NCBI RefSeq assembly: GCF_009914755.1
Contig: NC_060935.1
Origin: the human T2T-CHM13v2.0 reference genome, Homo sapiens
Length of the DNA stretch: 64,000 nucleotides
Reading direction: 5' to 3' (one strand)
Made by a program: the position numbers and the translations under genes. Positions 58,870-64,000 of the stretch are shown piece after piece; positions within the stretch are counted from its first letter, which is position 1; every line of letters starts with the position of its first letter. A model generated the notes under the pieces. The model did not search any database and had not been told where the DNA came from. It worked only from the letters and a program-made list of their open reading frames with translations.

Positions 58870-59265
58870 TTCCTTCTCTCTATACATTCTGTGTGAAACT
58901 TGCTTTCTATTTAATGTCACCTAAAAATATTTGGGACATTATGCTGTATATATGCATAGCATTATTTTTTCATGGCTACATAGTATTCCATGAATTGTAT
59001 ATATCTTAATTTATGTATGTATTGTTTAAGCATATTTGAATTATTTTGCATTGTTTTCATACAAACATAATAGCAATGGGTGTATTCCTATTTGCAGATG
59101 TCCTATCTACTTATCTAGACTTTTTTGTGTAGATTACTGAACTGAAATTGATTGTCAATAAGTATGTTTATTTAAATATTTTTAGATATTAACAAATTTC
59201 TTCCAAAATGTTTCAAAAATTTATACTCCTAGCAAAGCTATATGAAAGTTATTTTTTCTTACCTG
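58870..59265 (-). mobile_element. L1ME-like 3' fragment
   Basis: atggctacatagtattccatg...ttttagatattaacaaatttcttccaaaa...aatttatactcctagca. Confidence 0.7.
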
Positions 59266-59413
59266 TAATCTGTATGCCTTTTGTGAAAAAAAGACTTCAG
59301 AAATTTGTGTGCACAGTGAAGATCCTTGATATATGCACCATGCATACATACGTGTATTTGTATATATTCTCTGTTTTGTGTGTGTTTGTGTGCATCTGTG
59401 TGTGTATGTGTTC

Positions 59414-60076
59414 TATTTGTAAGAGAGAATGATTGCATTATGTCAGAAATAAAACACTATAAATATTTGCTGAGTGGGTAATTGAATGAATGGTTGAATC
59501 ACCTATGCTGTTCTGTGCTGTTCATAGAATTGAGTTGAATCTACTATTCTGCTGGAATTATAATTGGGACGCTCAGTGACAAGCTTCTGCTCAGCAATTG
59601 GCTTTATAGTAATGGTTGTTCTGCTCCTTCATGAAATGAATGAGATCCAGGTCAAGCCAATTATGAAGGGAGAAAACATTGAAGTTAATGCAAATCATTC
59701 AGAATAGGTTTAAATAACCCTAGATTTGTTTAACTAACATTTAGTTTAAAGAATACTTGAAATAACTACTTCCTCTGTGAGTCCTTTCCCAACTAAGTAA
59801 ACCTGAAATGTACATGCATCCTTCAAGAAACCACTGACACAGCCACTTTCTCCTGGCATCAGGCAAGATGCTGCAGTTGCAAAAGAACTGATTTGCTTCT
59901 TCAGTAGCAAGTGAGCCCATTCTTAGGACAAAAAAAGTTTTGAATTTTATCCACAGGTAAAAGATATTTTTGTTATTAGTGGAATCAGTGATTCAACCAT
60001 TCATTCAATTACCCACTCAGCAAATATTATTAGTACTTTATTTATAAAATAATGCAATTATTCTGTCTTAGAAATA
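59414..60076. repeat. 89-bp inverted repeat pair (59414-59502 / 59988-60076)
   Basis: Inner 41 bp perfectly complementary; outer 48 bp with 10 mismatches; 485-bp spacer. Confidence 0.95.
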
Positions 60077-60635
60077 AGGCACACCTGGTTTGAAAACTAA
60101 TTTTCTCTCTGACTGTTTGACATTGCATATGTCATTCACATTCTCCAAGATGATACACTCACCTGTCAGTATTTTCAGTATTTGATTTTAAAAATGTGGA
60201 AGGCCTGACTCATAGGCATTTAGTGATTCTGTTATCTTCTTTTCCATCTTTTATTAGCGTAAATGATTGTCATCATAATCAGGTCATCAACCAGGGATTT
60301 CTGGCTTAGAATTATTCATAGGTACAAGGCTGATGGCTCTTCTGAAATTGCCCCTGCATAGGTTAATCCACAAATTGTACATGTATCTAATCTTCGGCCT
60401 CATAACATTGTATTCCCTCAACACCTCCATTATTTTATAATTCTGCAACAGACAATTCAATTGTATTATGTTGTCCATTGCTAACATCTATGTTGGATGG
60501 TTTTTATCAACAGTCTGTATTGTAGAGGGTGAGAAAAACAGTACAGGTAGCAGGGTTCATTTTACCTCATTTGTATTTATTTAGAACGATGCTTTTTCAA
60601 ATATTTCAAATATTGCTATTTTTTTCTTGTGTCTT

Positions 60636-61023
60636 TAATATGGTTAGGCTTTGTGTCCCCACCCAAATCTCAGCTTGGATTGTAATCCCCATAATCCACA
60701 AGTGTCAAGGGAGGGACGAGATGGAGGTAATTGAATCACGGGGGTTGGGGGGGTGGTTTCCTCCACGCTGTTCTCATAATAGTGAGTGAGTTCTAAGGAG
60801 ATCTGATGGTTTTATAAGGAGCTCTTCCCCACAACTTTGCTTGGCACTTCTTTCTGCTGCCTTGAGAGGAAGGTGCCTTGCTTTTCCTTCACCTTTTTCC
60901 ATGATTATAACTTTCTTGAGACCTCCCCAAGCATGCTGAACTGTAAGTCAATTAAACCTCTTTTCTTTATAAATTACCCAGTCTCAGGCAGTTTTTATAG
61001 CAGTATGAACATGAACTAATACA
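60636..61023 (+). mobile_element. THE1C/D MaLR solo LTR
   Basis: atatggttaggctttgtgtccccacccaaatctc...aattaaacctcttttctttataaattacccagtctcagg...actaataca. Confidence 0.93.
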
Positions 61024-61809
61024 CCCCAACAGTAACTTATTTTCAACAAAAGCACAGTTATGCTCTAGGTCCCTACTCTTCTAAACCATACACCCTCCTA
61101 GAGGTAAACTAAAGACCTATATGATGTCTCACTTTTCATCTTTACCTGTGTTTGCCAAAGGCACTTCAAACTCATCTGTCCTTTCTTTAACATGTCTTCT
61201 CCTTCCCAAAGTATTTTTCTTCACCTTCAGTCCACATTTTAGTAAATGACATCATATTTCAGTCATTCTGCATTGCTAGAAAATTAGGAATTATCTTGGG
61301 TTACAATTTCCCAAACTTTTATATTAAAAAGAGTATCTAACACTACCAGTTTTATATCTTAAATATTTGTTATATATCTATCCTTTCCATCTTTATTTAT
61401 AGCACTTTTAAGTCCTTTTTAATTTTTACTTGCAGTTTGACAAATATGGTTCTTACTAGGATTATACTATGCGTATTCCTCTATAACCTTTTCCCTATGT
61501 AACTCTACATCTTTCTTCCCTTCACTTCCTTAACGTGTTTTGTCATTCCATGCCCACCATGTTTGCATACACTAATTACTAGAATGTGAGACAACCCCTC
61601 TTTAACCCTGTCATCCCTTTGGGTTGTCAAAACCGGGTGATCCATCTTTATTTATTGCTACACAACTATGAATAAAGTTTGTTCCCAAGAAAAGACAGCA
61701 ACGTGTCTGGGTAAAAGGGGATCATATTCTCTGTAAAAGATATGCTAGATTCTCAGCCTCATATTCATTTGTTTCTCAACCACCTAAGAGCTATGCATTC
61801 TCCCAAGCT

Positions 61810-62045
61810 CAGTTCAGACATAATCACTTCCAGGAAGCTTTCTGCAATGCTGTGAGTGTGAAACAAGTGTGCCTCTCAATGTAATTTAGGGCAAAATCTG
61901 TAATATAGCACTTGATTGTTAATATATCTTTCACCTTTGTTGGACTGCAAAGTACTGAAGGACAAAAACCTGGGTCTTTTATTTTGTCATCCGCAGCTTC
62001 TAATAATACTGTTCCAGGCATATAACAGATAATTGACATATAGAT
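61810..62045 (+). mobile_element. L2 3'-end fragment
   Basis: cacttccaggaagctttc...ggactgcaaagtactgaagg...ccaggcatataacag. Confidence 0.6.
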
Positions 62046-62588
62046 GGGTAGACAGACAGATAAATAGATCTATATCTATTACATATAATGGAATTTTTTT
62101 TGTAATATATATTATATTCTATGATGGCAAGGAATTGTACCTCATTTCTCCTTTCTGTTAAACTACTTTAATGGAAAAATCCATTTTAGTTAATAATTAT
62201 TCAATAAATATGAACCAAATTGAGTTAAATTAGCAAGATACATCGTTTAAATTACAATGTATTTGTAACAAAAATCTTAGTGTAATACAGTGATTTATAT
62301 GTTACTTTTTAATATTCATTTTTTGCTTTATATTTGTGTGTTAATTGTTCAATGAGATGCTTGGCTTACAAGATTTTTCTCACCCATATTTAGGTGAATG
62401 TATTTGAATTATAAATCTGTGGTGAACAGGGGCTGCACAGATTTAAGGTAATTTTAATATGATCAACAAACTGACTTTTTTTAGAAAAGGTAGAGTTTTG
62501 ATGTAAACTAATATTTTGATAATAATCCTAGCACCCATGGGTTTAGACAAGTGTTTTTACTCTTATATGATCCAAAAGAAATTAAAGT

Positions 62589-62857
62589 GGCTGGGCGTGA
62601 TGGCTCATGCCTGTAATCCCAGCACTTTGGGAGGCTGAGGTGGGCACATCATGAGGGCAGGAGATCGAGACCATCATGGCTAACACGGTGAAACCCCGTC
62701 TCTACTAAAGTACAAAAAATTAGCCGGGCATAGTGGCACAGGCCTTTAGCCCCAGCTACTTGGGAGGCTGAGGTAGGAGAATCGCTTGAACCCGGGAGGC
62801 GGAGGGTGCAGTGAGCCACTGCACGCCAGCCTGGGCAACAGAGCCAGACTCCGTCTC

Positions 62858-62880
<23 letters not shown>
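62589..62880 (+). mobile_element. AluSc8/Y-like SINE with small internal deletion
   Basis: gagatcgagaccatcatggctaacacggtg; TSD aaaagaaattaaa at 62574-62586 and 62881-62893. Confidence 0.96.
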
Positions 62881-62888
<8 letters not shown>

Positions 62889-64000
62889 TTAAAATATAAT
62901 TTTACATTTGAGACACACTAACAATTCAGTTGTCTGATTTAATATTTCTACTCTTGTTGTGGATGAATGTATATATTTTTAATAGAACTTTGGATTTTAA
63001 GCAGGAAGTTACTGTAACATCAAGTAAATTGTTAGAAAGTCGTTCTTCAAGCTCCAAATGAAAGATTCTTCACTCTTTGAAACCTTCTTTTGCTGACTCC
63101 ATAGACTTAACCACTTGTGATTAGAGTTCCCTTGACCTTGAAATTGCATTACAGATAGTTGTCTTTGGTGCTACTTTCCTTAACAGACCACAACTTCTTG
63201 AGTGCAGAAACCATAGTTTATTGCTCTCCTAATTCTAAGTGAAAAAGGAAAGGAGAAGAGAATGTAAAAAGCAGGGGAAAGAGGCAAGCAGAAATAAAAT
63301 AGTCTTTGAATATTTTGCAGCCACTTAATAAATTCTTAAGTCAGATCCTTTTTGTCCCACTTCTGACTTCTGGTTGACTTTATGTCTACTGGGATGGCCT
63401 CTTCTCAAGACTCAATTGTGTTCCAGTATGTTTTCTTTCTTCTCTCTCAGCATACCTCCCATTTCGCCCAAGTTATACAGTAAACTTGCTGTTTGAAAGA
63501 AAGCGCTGGACTTGTTTAATTTATATTAAAGAATGGGTGACCATTTATTGCTTTTATATGGTATCCCAATTTGATGTTAACATTTTAAAAAAAGACATGC
63601 TGACACAAAGTAGTAAATCTCTAATGGTAGAAATTATCTGTACAAATTTGGGATATAAGAGCATTGATTATCAGTACTCTTTGTCCTGCTTTCCTCACTG
63701 TCCTGCTTTGCTGAATAGTATTTGCAGAAGAGAGAAAGAGTTAGTATGCAGGATAATTTACAGAAACAAGTATGATGTGGGAAGAATAGAGTTTTTTGAG
63801 AGCTTAATAAATTTTTTTCAACATAACTTTTGAATGATTCACTCTGGTCATTTAGACAGGAGGCCCAAATAGCAATGTTAGAAAGCTGCCAGAGAATTTG
63901 TTACACAAGATAAATCCAGCCTTTGGGAAATCTTGTGGTATTCCTAATTACCTTCTTGTTTCTTTATACACGTAAGGCTTGGATGCTGGAAGATAACACA

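Overview
This is AT-rich primate genomic DNA, most likely human, and intronic or intergenic. No protein-coding gene, CpG island or intact RNA gene can be supported; the listed ORFs are Alu-, LTR- or L1-derived, or chance low-complexity frames. The window is a mosaic of interspersed repeats: about 16 Alu/FLAM copies (many with target-site duplications, TSDs), MaLR LTRs (THE1, MST, MLT1), other ERV LTRs (MER50-, MER31-, LTR33-, LTR16/ERVL-like), L1M fragments, L2/MIR relics and DNA transposons (MER82, MER20, MER3, MADE1). Family names come from recalled consensus sequences, and boundaries of ancient repeats are approximate. I found no new multi-gene system. The best leads are: (1) a tailless 5'-half tRNA-Cys-like insertion with an 18-bp TSD inside a THE1 LTR (12858-12940); (2) an 89-bp inverted repeat with a perfect 41-bp inner core around a 485-bp spacer (59414-60076); (3) an 89-nt hairpin that pairs better on the minus strand (6901-6989); (4) a perfect 36-bp minisatellite inside an MST LTR (33347-33513); (5) a candidate 43-nt minus-strand exon with stops in all frames (21047-21089).
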